Made by a program: the position numbers and the translations under genes. A stretch of DNA of 64,000 nucleotides from Nageia nagi (taxonomy: Eukaryota > Plantae > Pinophyta). The stretch spans positions 25,296,001-25,360,000 of the forward strand of contig JBITNC010000002.1 of the NCBI GenBank assembly GCA_050084985.1, read 5' to 3'. Below, piece by piece: positions 36,659 through 50,815 of this stretch; position 1 is the first letter of the stretch, and each line of letters starts with the position of its first letter. The notes under the pieces are model-generated. The model was not told the origin of the DNA. It saw only the letters and a program-made list of their open reading frames with translations, and made no database searches.

Positions 36659-37372
36659 GTATGCAAATTTCTTATTGATTCTATTAATATAAAAATAGTT
36701 AAAATCTCGCTTTTTTACTTGGATAACAAAAATCTGTATTTGTGTACAGAAAATTGGAAAGATTGTCATTCATGTGTTGTAACAACGGAACAGGATAAGG
36801 GGTTTTTTTAAAATAAGAGTGCTAATTGGGAGAGATAATCTGTATTTGGATAAGTGGTTTTATGAAATAAGAGTGGTAATCAAGAGGATATCTGTCAATA
36901 TGCATGTTTTTTATGTAATTGTGTGCGAAATCCCAGATTTTTGTTTGTTTCAACTTTAGATAATAACTACTGAAAGTTTCCGTCACAAGGGATTAAATCA
37001 AATTTTGCAATTCCTGGCCAAGATTTTCACAGCATTTCAATAGCGTAAACACTGCTCAAACAACATATTCCTTTGGTGAAAAGTTTGTAGTTGTCATTTT
37101 TAGGCGGGATTGATCTCTGTGTGATAATTAGTATCCTTGAAGGTGACTTCATGCTGAAACAACAGTTTGGAACAATCACGTATAAAATTATAAATACATA
37201 GATAAGATGGAGGCAGGAAGGTTAGGTTGAATACTTACCTATCTTCAACTAGCAGTTTTGGTCATAAACCAATGACTAGACTCTTAAATATTAATATTAT
37301 GATATAATAGTTTAGACTTACAGTTTTTTTTCAGAGCTCATTTATTTTTGGATCTGTTTGTTCGCATTGCAG

Positions 37373-37432
37373 CCTAAAGCATACGCAGATAATTTTAAAT
37401 GGAAAGGCCCTCCATCATCTGAAGATGAATGA
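37373..37432 (+). CDS. NDUFS4: NDUFS4 terminal coding exon
   Basis: cattgcag|CCT; PKAYADNFKWKGPPSSEDE* with the conserved K.Y.DNFKWKG motif. Confidence 0.95.
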   Translation, partial: PKAYADNFKWKGPPSSEDE

Positions 37433-37547
37433 TATGATTAATGGTATGCATGTCTTGACATGTTTACAAATCACTGCATCTTTTGCAACAGAATGCAGTT
37501 TGAGTTCTTTCCCTATCACTTTTAAATCATGATTGCCAGAGTTTCAC

Positions 37548-37553
37548 AATAAA
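37548..37553 (+). promoter_or_regulatory. Candidate polyadenylation signal of NDUFS4
   Basis: AATAAA ~115 nt after the stop, followed by U-rich sequence. Confidence 0.4.
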
Positions 37554-38179
37554 AATATTCAATATCCTTTCATTTGGTGCTTTGGTTTTGATTATTAGCA
37601 ATATATTCTCTTACAATCTTTTGTATTTCTGAACACAATGATTAAATGTTTTCAGTATTTGGGAGATGGAACTTTTTACTATTCAATAACATGTGTTGTT
37701 TTCATGGATTGATGTAAATCATGTTTATATGAATAATAATAGGAGGATAATTCATCATGCAAGCAGTTTATTTGTGTGAGCGGTTTGCAGTCATTGAAGC
37801 AAATTGCAGCATTCACATGACGAAGATTTTGTAACTTCAAATTACCATGGAAAGTATTGTTTGTTAAATGATGAAGTTGAATTTCACTAGAAAACAACCT
37901 TTGTAACACTTGCAATTAAAAACAATTTTTATTATGATGTCTGGGGAAGAGCATTAAAATCCGATGGTATTCCATTAAGCTTGCACAAGCATGTATAAAT
38001 CACGTAAACTATTATGGAGTTAGTATGGTTAGGTAGAATGCTTACCTAACTTCAAGTACTAATATAGCTTTAAACCAATGACTAGACTATAAACCTAAAT
38101 CCGTATACTATCATGTAATATTTTCAACATTTATGCTAACTTTTATTTTCTCATTTGAAAGAAAAGGAATTTATATATT

Positions 38180-41100
38180 GATATTATCCACTAAGAGTCA
38201 CAAGACTGCTTTCCAAATGGAATAACAGGTAACTAAGCAAATTCAAGAACTCAATTACAAAAGGGTGTTGGAAACCCAAATACAAAGGTGCTGAAAATGC
38301 TAAGGGTGCCAGAAGTGCAAGAGAACTTAAAACATAGGAATTTTCAAGTGCTCCAGAATCTTCAAGTTCATCAGAATCTTCAAGTGCATCAGAATCTTCA
38401 AGAGCACCAAAAAATTTTAAGGCTTCGGAATCTCCATAGGCATCAAAATCTTCAAAGGCCCCAAAATCTCCAAGTGCTCCATAATCCCCAAAGGCATCAG
38501 AATCTTCATAGGCTTTGGAATCTTTGAAGGCTTCACAATCTCGAATGACCTTCCTCCGTTGCCTCTCCATCTCAAAATTATTTTCTTCACTATCATGGGA
38601 TCGCCTTTTCTTCGTTGTTATTCTACACTAGCAAGAGGCTAGATTTAGAGCCTCATTAGTCGACGAGTTGGCCTTTTTGTTATGTTCCCCTCCAATGTGG
38701 GAATATTCTATGAATTTAAATTCCTTCTCCCACATGGTTATCCTCCTTTGAATGATCTTTAGTTGGACTGAGGAGAATTCTTGGCAATTTGAAATAGAAG
38801 AATGCTTTGCCAATTTCAATCCTATTTCACTACTAATCAACTCCATCATGTTGTTTATTGTTCTTCCCTAGTTAGGCTTGAATTGAATTGAGTCATGCAA
38901 CTGTGATATCTTGATAATACCCCCCTGACGCAACCTGTCTTGGATTGAACTCTGATGCCCCATCATAAAAGAGCAGAGAATTTAAATTCTGGTTTGCTTA
39001 TTTGTATTATGTGGCTTTTGGTCTTTATTAGAGGCTGCAATCCTATGTACCGTATCACTTCCAACTCTGCTTGACTTAGTGAAGAAGAGTCCTGTTGGTT
39101 CTTAAAGAAAACTTTGGCATTAAGTATTACTTCATGGATCACTTTGCTTGCTATCACCTTTGCAGGTGTTCTCTTTTCCTCAAAGATTATTCTATTTCTA
39201 TCCTTCAATATGTGCCAGTGTGAATACGGGGACAGAATCCCAGATTTGCTGCGTAAGTGTCTTACCTTTCAGTCTTACCCTTGTACATTTGAGTCCAACT
39301 GCTCCAAAAGTCTTATGTTGATAGTACATGTGATTGGTGACGCAATTTGTTGATATAATGCTAACCATATTTTAACTGCCTTTGTGCAATGCAGGAGCAG
39401 GTGAGGAACTGTTTCATTATCCTTTAGGCTTCTGTGACATATATGAAGTCCCACTATATGCCTTTTAATTAAATTGTCAGCTGTGAAAATTTTCTTTTGG
39501 AGTACCAATCATAAAAATATTTGTAGCCTAGGGGGCATTTTGTAATTCCATACCTTGGAGAGCTTCCTGTCTTCCTGTCCCTGCTGTTGAATAGCTACTC
39601 CACCTTTTACTTCGTATTCCCTTGGACCTTTGATGCTACCTCATATAAGTTGATTTGGAACCTGGATTGTGAGGTGTATTTCTGAAATTTCTTTTTTAAG
39701 AGTAACCCAATCTTCTTGTAGCACTTGGGGAATTGCATGATTACTCCACTAGGGAGATTAACCTTATTAGCTATCCCAGAGTAGTAGCTCACTGTTGCTG
39801 GAGCTTTTCTTTACAGTCTTGCTTACAATTTGAAGTTACTGGATCTTCTCCCAGAATCTGATCCTCCCAAATATTGATTTTCTTTCTATCTCCCAGCAGT
39901 TAAGACACAGTTTTTAGTATTAACTCTTTGACCTCTACAACGTGTTTCCAGATGGAAGATGCTCCCTGTTTGTTACCAAGTGCCTTCAAGAGTTGTATCC
40001 TTACAAATTACTTATGTATTTGCATTTGAGGATCTGCTTCCATGGGACACTTGGTGGGGAAACTAGATTCCATACGATTTTGGCACTTAGTGCCTTGCTT
40101 ATGAGCTTTGTCATCCTAATTCCCATTCCTCGTTGATCCTTTGTTTTGGTAAATTGTATCCAATTCACTATATGAGATTTCCTCCTATCTAACTTCCTTC
40201 CTTCTTTCCACAAGAAGGTTTGAACCATTGACTGTAGCTTCTGTAAAATGTGTTTAGGGGCATGATACACCAAGAGTTGGTATATTGGCAGGTTTGTCAG
40301 AACTGCTTTAATTAGCGCTAGACTTCCTGCTATTCTCAGCCAATCAATGTTGTACTGCTGTACCCTTTTGTTGCCTTGATCCTTATAATACTATTCTCTT
40401 TTCTTAATTTGCTTAGCCTTCTTTCTAAGGTTTCAGGCTCAGCTACTTGGAGCTATAAATAGGGGCACATTGGACAATCTTGCCTGAGTCTTCAAGTTGT
40501 TCTGAAGAAAGGAGAAGGTTCACCATTCATTAGTTAAGGTACCCATGGACTTTCCATACAAGCTCCTATCAAATCTATCATTTAGATTGAGAATCCAAAT
40601 AGAGAGAGGATTTGGTTAAGGAAGTTTATGTTAACCCTATCAAATGCATTTGCCATGTCATTCTTGACCTGATTCTCCAATTTGCCTCTTCTTCTCTGTT
40701 GGCTTTATCTAGTTGTTGCTGAATTTTTAATTTTCTCTGTTCTTGTTGTGTAGAGGGAGCATGATCCTTTATTCCATGCTCTATTTCTTCCATCTGCTGT
40801 ACCATTGTGTTGGTCTTAGCTTGGGGAGTTGTTTTCTTTTTCATCAATTCTCGAATAACTTTCTCAAGATTGGAAATTTTTGTCTTCCATGTCTCTTGTG
40901 GGTTTTTAAAGTTTAGAGGCTGTTCCCAACTGTCCTCCTCTAGTATTGCGAAGTCCTTCTGCTCTGCCCAGTTAAGAGCTTTAGTTGAATGGTAACTTTC
41001 TTCTTCCAAGAGTGTTGTTTCCCAGCTTCAGTGTGATGGATTTACGATATGAGATTGAGCTTTCTCTAATCTCACTTGTTACTAATGTGTGGCTATGGAT

Positions 41101-43000
41101 TATGTCCTCATGGATGAGGAACCTGTCCAGCCTTTATGCTATTAATGTAATCTCAGATTTCATGTTTGTTCAGATGTATTTTCCCTTTTTGGGGTCTTAT
41201 CTTGGACCTTTTCTTCAGCCGTTATTAGTTTCACCTGTTTCTTGTTAGGGTCTTTGAGAGAATACTACCTTTTTTCTCCCCTTGTGGGTCAAACTTGTCT
41301 CATCCACGTTCACAAGTTTCCTCCAAGCTTCCTGCTTTGTTATTAAATTGTTGAGTCCATAAAAGTTAACAATTGTCTAAAGTCTAAACAGAGTCATCAA
41401 GTGAGCAGAATGTTCTTGCTAGCCAATTGTTCTTTTCAGTATTGCTGCATGCCCTGCTTTGTGGGTCCCAATCAAAGATCAGACCCCAAAAGGCCCCTGA
41501 TGAGTCTATTGCTTCTACGTCTTAGTTGTTCCAAATGCCTCTGCATTCACTTTTGACTGTCTGCTCTGAAATCTTTGATTCCTGAATACATATCACTTTT
41601 GGTTGAAGCTGACTAATTAGATGTTTGAGGTAGTTTTTCTTCAGGGGACTGCCTAATCTCCTTCCATTCCAAGAGATTAGCGTCATTTCTTGACTGCTTT
41701 CTTGGCCTTATCAGAGTCCAAGGTTGTCTGCTTCTTCTACTGTATTTGAAGTGCTTGCTTAGACCTTGCCTCTTTGTTGGTCTTCCTGCCTTGTGCTTTA
41801 GATCTGGTGATTGGGGTGCCCTATGGTAATTATGCTCTCTCTATTTGAGTTTCCTCTTATCTCTTCTATTTCTTGTTCTTCCTAAACATCCTTTATTTGT
41901 TGGGTCTCTTCCACTCCTTTCGTCTCCAGATCTGCTATTTCTTTGCCGTTCTTGGATGTTTTTGTTATCTGCTCATCCTCCCAGGATAAGATGGAGAATT
42001 TGTTGTTGTTGTTTGGTTGGTTTATAGGTTGTGGTTGAAGTCTTCTTCTAGGTCTTGATCTCCTTGGTTGCTTTCTTCTTACCAATTGGAAGTCTTGATC
42101 TTCCTCCTTGTGCTCTTGTTGAGTTTTATTTAAGGCCAGTTGCTGAAGTTCCCATGATGGTGGCATGTGATGCACGATAATGAGATATGTTCATGTTCGA
42201 GGGGTTGGGTGTGAATCCAATCCAGGACTTGGATCCCTATATTCTCTGGGAGCCCTTTCTTTAAATTTACTTGCACACCCACCGTTGCACATATTGCATT
42301 ATTTGTGTTTGGGAAACCCAGTCCACAAAGGTTCCTATAGAGTTCTTTAGCTTGTTTTAAAGATAGAGGGGTAGGAATAGCATCTTACCAATATCGAGAT
42401 TTCCTTTGGCTCCTCAGCTTGTGGGTCAAAGCTGGTGGACCAGTATGTCATATAAAGTGGGTTTGAGCCTAGATACCAAGGTCTTCCATGGAAGATTGCA
42501 CTTCTCTCTTCTGCAGTAGAAAATATTACTACAAAGTAAGCGCTTTCTGCCATCAAAAGCTCATAATTCGAGATTTTTGAGCCCCAAGTAGCTGCAACCC
42601 ACTTTTGGATTGCTATTGGGCTGGGCTAGATCCCAACAAACTTGCATGCAAGCACCTTCTCTGTTAAAGCCAAGTTTGGGCCTTGTATGTAGTCTAGGGG
42701 GATTTTAACAACTGGAGAGTCATCCAAATTAACAACAAAGGAGTTTTTGTTGCTTTTATGAGCCTGCCGAGTTTTCCTGACCTTAAGTGCCTTTGCAAGA
42801 CTGTCTAGTTTACTTTGATCAAATAGAGAAGGCTGGAAAAACAGTGAGAAAGTAGTCCTACCATTATTTTTAAAGAGATAAGTGGCTGCCATGGTTGCTA
42901 CACGCCCAATGGGCCGGGCTCACTGAAGTTCATGCTAAAGAAGCTTAGGGTTCAGTTGTAGATTTTCTATGGTACTTAGTTTTGGAGAAGAGTTTTACCT
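38180..43000 (-). mobile_element. L1 LINE with ORF1 (DUF4283-type) and internally deleted ORF2 (EN, RT remnants, zf-RVT, RNase H-like)
   Basis: ORF1 YFVVIFST..ERSAIFHGRPWYLG..PLY...W...FDP; ORF2 ATG at 41686 MTLISWN.RRLGSP; DMANAFDRV; K..RGMGIR...SKALSAKIVW; ETVPHLLLHC; SHI...HNKKA; ends approximate. Confidence 0.9.
38340..38530. repeat. 18-bp degenerate tandem repeat (~10 copies) at the L1 3' end
   Basis: GCATCAGAATCTTCAAGT-like units; minus strand reads (EDSDAL)n. Confidence 0.85.
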
Positions 43001-44899
43001 AACACACATCATCAGCAATGCATTTTCGAAACCCTACTGTAATGCCAAAATGTGCAAAAAAGTAGAGAAAACTGAGAAACCAAGCGACAACATTCAATCA
43101 AAGCCACTCATACACCTGTAATATCTCAATGATAACTTTTATTACTTTAAACACAATTAATGATTTCAGTACCATCTTGAGTTCAGCTACTACATATGTT
43201 ATCATTAGGATCTAATGGGTGCAATACAAATGATCATGTTAGCTGCTTAGAAAGGATTAGTTCAAGGCTATGGCAATCCTAAAAATGAAATCAAATACAA
43301 TGTTATCTTTAGAGTTCTAACACCAACGTTGATGGGATAAAGATTGTTTGATTACATGTATCATGCATGCCTGACAAATCGAAAGAGCATTGCTAGAATA
43401 GATGAATAAATGGATATGCAGGTGCATATTGCATAAGGACACTAGTAAAAAATATGCTGCTGGTTTTATAGACTCGAAATGTTACAAATGACATGGATTT
43501 TTCTTCTTTTACTGTTGATAAAAGTGAGTTATGGAAATTTTATGTTGTAATTGCATTTTCTTTGAGATTCATAGTTCTAGTTCTATTCCCAATGCATGCT
43601 ATTTCATTGTTCAACATCAATATTCAATAATGCATTATATCATTCCTTGAAAGAAGAATCTTTTTTAAACTTTTTTATCAGAATAGATATTCACGTGAGC
43701 CTTTCTGTTTAGGGTAACTTTGACGGGCTTGTGAATTATAATGTCTCCAGGTGGGATTCGTAGTATAGGTGGACAAAAGCAGCTTAATTCGTAAACATCC
43801 AATTGAGAATTCGAGGTTTTAGGTTCGGTGTGGGATCTCGAGTGTTGACCAGTTTGATTAAAGTAGTCCACTTTTCTTCCTCTGTTTTTTAATCTTTCTC
43901 ATGACCGTTTTTTTTTTTTTGCGCCTTTCTATCCTGATGATATTCTCGTTAATGGATTTGGTCAATTGATTTTATGACCATCAGTTTTTGCACCAACGTT
44001 ATCTATATTATTGTTTTATTGTGAAGAAATTCACAACAATATATTATGAAAAATGAATATAAATCAGTTCCACATAAAGAAATCAATATCGAATTAATTC
44101 TTACCCTTAGTATGAGATTAGAACTGAAATTTTGAACCCATAAAAAGATTGGTAGCTCAATCAACGAGCACCCAATTAAGAATGGAAGGTTACGTGCTAA
44201 GTTTTGAGTTCTTTAAGGATATAAGAAAATTACAACAATCCATTCAGAATGCGATCATGTTCTGAAGATAAGAAGTCACTATTTAGAATATAAAAGCAAT
44301 TTAATTCATAATGATAGGAAAATAATTATTAAATTAATTTTTTACTTGGTAGGTTCACAATTTCCATTTAGAAAATCAGTCTATCAATCAGTTAAAAATT
44401 GGAATCCTACATTCAAATAACAAATCTTTGTAGTGCCTCAATATGGTGTATTGTGACTTCGAATTTAGATGTCAAAATATTCTAGTGATTTATCGTAGTA
44501 CATTGTAAAATAAGAAGTAAATTAATTTCATGAGAGAAGAAATTAATGTTAAATCAATTCTCACCTTCAATGAGAGGAATGATTAGCTTAGTTGGTAGAC
44601 CATGTACTTGGGAATGAATAGGTTCATTTTTGTCCTATTCTTTGTTAGTTATTTTTTTTTTTTTGGAAGATTGGAGAAAGATAAAGTCTATTTAGAATAC
44701 ATATCCAAATTTTCTTAAAAGTTTATATGTTTTGTAAAATTATTTATTTTGTTTTGAACTTTGTTTGTCAATCAAGATGTTTACAAGAGATCAAAGTTAT
44801 AAGGGACAAACTACAAAGGAATGTGCTCATCAAAGCTTTCGTTTATCCTCCTCAACATTGAAGTAAGGGTAGTTATTTATATCACTTGTTGATGACAAT

Positions 44900-46100
44900 A
44901 GTACTTTCACCAAGAGGCCTAAGACAAATATAATCTAAAATTAGCCTACAATTTGCATACATCAAGCCTCAATAATAGATTTGGACTAAAATGATTATTG
45001 ATTGTAGGTGCATTGAAGGGAGACTTGCATAACATCGTTAATGTTGTTGTTATATATTCCTTAATGACAATAATGACACCTTCAACAATATGCACAACTT
45101 AAACTTAGTCTATGACTTGCACACATCAAGCTACAATAATGGACTTGTAGTCATCATAAACTTCCTCAATCTTAGGCTCACATGATCTTATCTGATCCCT
45201 CCAAATCTCTATTTGCAATTTTCAATTACTTCTTGAGCTCTCACAACTTGTTGGTGCATCCTTTATTTGTTCTTAAATTCCGTATCTTTCAGAGCATTGT
45301 GGCTTTTGATGCCTTAAAGCTTTTTGAGTCATTAAAAGCTATCTATTATATGGAATATAAGAATAAACAAAGATTCAACAATTTTTGTAACATTATCAAT
45401 AGTTTTGATGTACTTTGATGGCGTCTTGTGTTTTTAGTTTTGGCATTTAATATCTTCTATTGTAACCTTAATTAGGATCAAAATTTTGCATTATATTTTG
45501 TTAAATAGGCATTACTACAAGAGGAATAAGAAGAAACATTTTAAGCTTTTTTTACAATCTTTTTTGGAATATATGATAAGGGATTTGCTTTTTGTAAGAA
45601 CATTGCAAACTTAGGAATAGAAAAAAATACATTTGCCTTTTCTATGCTTTCACAATTTACATCCATGTCTGTTAGGCCACTCTAACCACATGTTTAAAAA
45701 CCTTTTTCAACTTCGTTTTGATAGATGTTCTTACCTTCTACAGCTTCCATGGAAAACATACCTGCAATGATTGCATTCCTTGAGATTGTCTTTAGATGAG
45801 GCATTTTATCAAACAATTACATGCGACTTTTGTGTACTATGGTAGATTCACATAATTACTATAATAAATGCAAAACCTTTTTTTAGCTACTCCTTGATGA
45901 ATGTCAAACCTTCTTCTACCAAACAATTAGCTACCATTCCAACGTATTTATTATATGCATATGCTATGATTATTGCAACCCATAAGGCGATGTTTCAATA
46001 GCACCATATATTATTTCAAATTTACTATTTTGTGAAAATCCTACAAACGTTAGATTCTATGACATGTATTTCGTAATGAAACTCCCTTAGTAGCATATGT
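44900..46100 (-). mobile_element. Degenerate repeat, possibly a Mutator-like transposase remnant
   Basis: 45190-45400 is clearly homologous to 56260-56430; weak peptide hints only; boundaries unknown. Confidence 0.3.
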
Positions 46101-49100
46101 TGGAAGGATGTTCTCAAAGATTGTAGAGCTTGACAATTGTAATTGTTAAAAAATCTCTAGGGTATTGTTAACAAATCTATTTTGTTCACATCCAATTGTC
46201 ATTGTATACCATGTGATTATCTTTTGAACACATTCCAATTCCTCTAGCAATAAAGATCCCACAAGAGATCCAAGACATGATTTTTGAGTTCAAAGCTAAA
46301 CAATATAATATTCTTTCACAATAGGAACATCTTTGATAGGAGACCATTGCCCAACAATAATCTATCCAAATATAGTTAGAGCAACAAAAATCATGGGTAC
46401 ATGTTAAAGGAAAGAAAACCCTAATAGTTGTTGAAATGATAATACATACAAAATTTGAAGAGGAAAATATGGGTCGAATTAAGGAACTCAACCTCTTAAG
46501 TTAACAATCTTCCAAAAATTATCAACCCATTACATTCTAGCCATGTTTTTCTATAGGATACATCGGATCTAAAAGGCATCATGCTTGACAAGGCTTGTAC
46601 TACCCTAAGGAGACTCTTATTAATTATTTTCGATCAATAAGGGAACGATTACAAGCTTTATGAGACAAGAAGAAATTATTCAATATTCTAGATAAAAAAA
46701 TTCTTGATGAAGATCTACCTTGGCTGCAATATGAAGTATTTAGAGTTAAGAAAAACAAAATGATAGAGGCTAGGAAACAAGGTAAATGGGTTATTCTTTG
46801 AAAGCGACAAACTTTGAATATATGATAGTATTCCTCCAGGATGGATTAAACTTTGCACACATTAGCATGATGTCTGACTCTTCAATCTCATATTAAGATT
46901 GTCATGTGGAATTATGGTCGCTCTTTGAGCTCTTCTCAAAGTTCTTTGAATGATGTAATTGGTGATAAGCATAACATCCTTCTTAGTGAAACCCATGGAA
47001 CACAACTAAAATGACTAACATCCTATATAAGTTATTCTTGGTTTTCTACCTATAGACCAAAGACTCACCAAGGTATCAAAGCCTTTAGACGTGTCGCTTG
47101 CCTATACCATGTACATTTGACTTCATGCATTTGTTTAGAATTCTCTTGATAAGAAGCTAACATCTTGATGCCTCTATATTGCTATATGTTACTTCCCTCT
47201 TGCTTATTTGTCACATTCTATTGTAGATGATGGTGACTTACCCTACCTAGATCTTTATCCTAAGATCTCCAAATTTTTCCTCTTAGGGGATATCATGCTA
47301 CTAGGGGATTTCAATGCACAAACCAACACATCGCTTTGTCATCTATATGATATTTCTTCATATCCTCTTCAATTGTTGGAGATTGATCTCAATGATCTAT
47401 GTGTAACACGATAATCAGATGATATTGGGAAAAATATAACACCTTAAGGAAAACACCTAGTCAGTTTGGGTGAAGCAGATGAGTTGATCATCGTAAAGGG
47501 ATTGCTCAATTCCCTCAATCTAGTCATTTTACTTGTTTTCCTTTTGTTAGTGGTACTAGTGTCATTGACTATGCTTCAACTAATCTCCCCTTTGTCTTTT
47601 CTATCATTGATTTCAATGTCTTTGATACTCTACTATTATTTGATTATGCTTACATCACCTTACACTTCTACTTACCAGATACTGCACCACTTAGATCGCT
47701 TCTTTTTTTCCGACTACCCCCCATAGTCACTTTGACCATAATCTTAAAGACATTTACTCATAAAACCTAAATAAACATCTCATCGACCTCCATCAAATAT
47801 AGAACTCCACTTTGTAGGAAAATCTTTTCTCTAAAGCTCTTTGGTCAATTGGCAAGGAATCTTTCCCTCATACCAGCTACTCCATATCCCATCGCCTTAA
47901 CCCTCTCCATGGCCACTACCCCCAAACTCATAATTTAATAGTGAACACAAGACACTTCATAAACTCACTCACTTTACTATGCAACACACCCCTTATACAA
48001 TTAAGGAAGCTAAAAAAACTTAATGTAACTTCCATAAAAAGAATAAGGGACAATATGTTGTTGTGAAAAGATTAAAAATTATCAATATTGTGAAGACAAA
48101 TGTTATTGTTGACTTGCATATCTGGTCAACCTATGCATCTACCCTCTACAACATCCCGAACCAACCCCTCATTATTCCAAACCCTCAACCTCATCTTTGC
48201 CATTTCTTCATTGATAAAATCATTATGTAAGCTATATGCAGACTCTAAATTGCTAAAGATGTTGACTTTTGAAAACCAAAGTGCTAAATTTCTCAAACAC
48301 AGTCTTGTAGTTTTAGTTGCCCATATTGTTGAAATGTTTAACTACATCTCTTCCCAAAGGTTACCTTCCTCTTGGACCTCCAATATCATCCATCCCATCT
48401 ACAAAGTTGGTGACCCCCTTGACCTTAGTAACTATAGAATAATCATGGTAGGTTACACCTAACCAAAGTCTTTACCACATATCTAGATGAGTTCATATCT
48501 AGCTTTGCTAAAACACATAATCTTTTTGCACCTAATCAAGTTGGTTTTTGTAGAAACTGCCATATTGTTGATCACATTGTAACTCTATAGGCCATCATTG
48601 AAAAAGCTTAAGCTAACAAATAAAAGGTTTATATTTGCTTTGTTGACTTTCGGAAAGCCTTTTATATTATCCCTAAACATCTCCTATTGTAGATACTTGA
48701 GAATCTAGGATTCCTTAGAGATGTCATATCCCTTGTAATGACATTATGAGTAAGTAGTAGGTCAAGTTTGAGTTGGTTCGCACTTATCTTAAGAGGTATA
48801 TAGTGCCATTGGTTTCAAACAAGGTTGTCCTCTCATTTATTTTATTTGGCCTCTATATTGATGAACTTGAACAACTAATCTCAAACATATTAGTCCTAGG
48901 TGTAGTATCTTTTCTACATGATTCCATTGTCTCAATTTTGCTCTTCGCAGATGATGTCATCTAGTTATCTCATATAATAGCTAGGTTTCAACATCATGTC
49001 AACACCTTGAGTACCTTATGTAATACTCATGGTCTTGAAGTTAATCTTAAAAAGGCAAAGGCAATATCCTTCAATATGTCAAAAGCATATGCCTCCAAAA

Positions 49101-50584
49101 CCAACATGATTTTCTAAGGAAAAGTTATTAAGTCAATCACTTCTTACAACTATCTAAGCATGCTCTTCACAAGTCTTACTTTCAACTTGATACCTACTTG
49201 CCAAAATAGAATGAATAAGGGTTATGTTGCAATTGTCACATTCGAGTGACAATGTTTTCAACTTCAGTTTTGGGATATCATGGTGAAGATTAAACCCTTC
49301 CATTATCTTGTCCCTTCGACCCTTCTTTATGTTAGAATAAATAATGTATTATTGTATATATTATTCTTTATCTAGTATCTAATGAATAATATCTCTTATA
49401 TTCATGTAACTCATTATTTAATTCACTTAATACTTAAAAGTATTCTCAAATACCTTTTAAGTATTTAGTGAATTAAATATTTTGAGAATTATCCATGGGT
49501 TGCACATCCCATGTGCATGAATTCTCTTCTTATAAATAGAGGGCTTCCCTTAAGTATTATACACACTTTTGAAAGCATTCTTATGCTACTAGTTTGTAGA
49601 GAGTTTGTAAGAGTATTCTTGAGAAGTAATAAAGCTTAGATTTAAACTAGACTACTCTCACATTGAGAGGAACTAGTATACATGCTTGTGTCTACTTTGT
49701 GTGATTGTTATTGAGTTGTGTTTATTCAATTGGTACCATAACCATCTTGGAGGCGTTTTCTTCTTCTCTTCATCTTTTGAGGAAAAATCCACAAAGGTAT
49801 AATTTTTTTACTCTCTTTCTCTCCATTTTGAAGCTATTTTTTGCATTTTTTTTTTTACTAAATATGGATTCTCTTTGCTAGTTTTATTTTTCTACACAAA
49901 TTCTTTGTTTCTTACACAAGTTTTTTTTTCCTCAAATATGTTTATATTTCATAACTTATTGTTGATTAAATAACTTATTATTGTAGAATAACTAAAGGAC
50001 GATTTTTATTCACTTTTACCATATTGTTTTGGTAAGAAGCATTCTTTTTGAGAAAATTAACTTCATTTTGTCAAAAATTTAGAAGGGAGGATGAATATTC
50101 TAATTTTGATAACAAATTAGAGTACCCATTCAATTTTTGAATAAAATGACTATTTTTCCCTTAAAAGTTATTAAGTAAATTAATATTTTCAAAGAAAAAA
50201 TAACTTTCTAAGTATTTTATTTTTTTGTAAAAAGAAAAAAATGAAGATTTTCCATTAGAGCTTCATCTTGAAGCTCAAAATCTTCATGTTTGTAATTGCT
50301 TGCATGAAAGGGTTAAATTTGCTTGTAATGAATTTGTAATTAATTCTTTAGTTATTGCTACAAGCTTACTCATTCTTCTTACAAGCAAAGCCCATGCCTC
50401 CTTTAATGCCAATCTTGAATTGTAATTTTTTTTCATGCTTTAAATGCATGTCCTCCTCTCTTTGTTTGAAGAAAATAAAAAATTATAAAAAATGGTATTT
50501 TATTTTACTATTTTTATTAAATAAATAAAAATAAGGGGTTATTACTTAAAAAAAAATTATTACGGAGGGGGGAGTATGAGGGTG

Positions 50585-50815
50585 TGGCCCTCAATATTTG
50601 CCTTGGCCCCTGTGGGGCATGACCCTCCTTTGGGTGGGCTCGTCAGCCCTTATGTGATGCGAACCTCTTTTAGGTGGGCTAGTCACCCCCAATCGGGCGC
50701 AACCCCCCTTTGGGTGGGCTCGCAACCCCCTTATGGGGTGTGATCCCCCTTTGGGTGGGCATGCAGCCCTAATGGGACATGAACCCCCATTAGGTGGGCA
50801 CATCATAACCCCCAT
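50585..50815. repeat. GC-rich ~33-bp degenerate tandem repeat in the Copia leader
   Basis: Recurrent CCCCCTTTGGGTGGGCTCGCA.CCC units within otherwise very AT-rich DNA. Confidence 0.75.

Noticed and set aside
43660-43930. Relatively CpG-retaining stretch with a tRNA-like GGGATTCGTAGTATAGGTGG start
   Set aside because: No cloverleaf or properly spaced B-box could be built; no supported call
44140-44640. tRNA A-box-like motifs (TAGCTCAATC, TAGCTTAGTTGGTAGA) in a diverged local duplication
   Set aside because: No intact T-arm or acceptor stem; at most a decayed tRNA/SINE remnant
50591-50815. Pro/Gly-rich 74-aa ORF
   Set aside because: By-product of a GC-rich tandem repeat in the Copia leader
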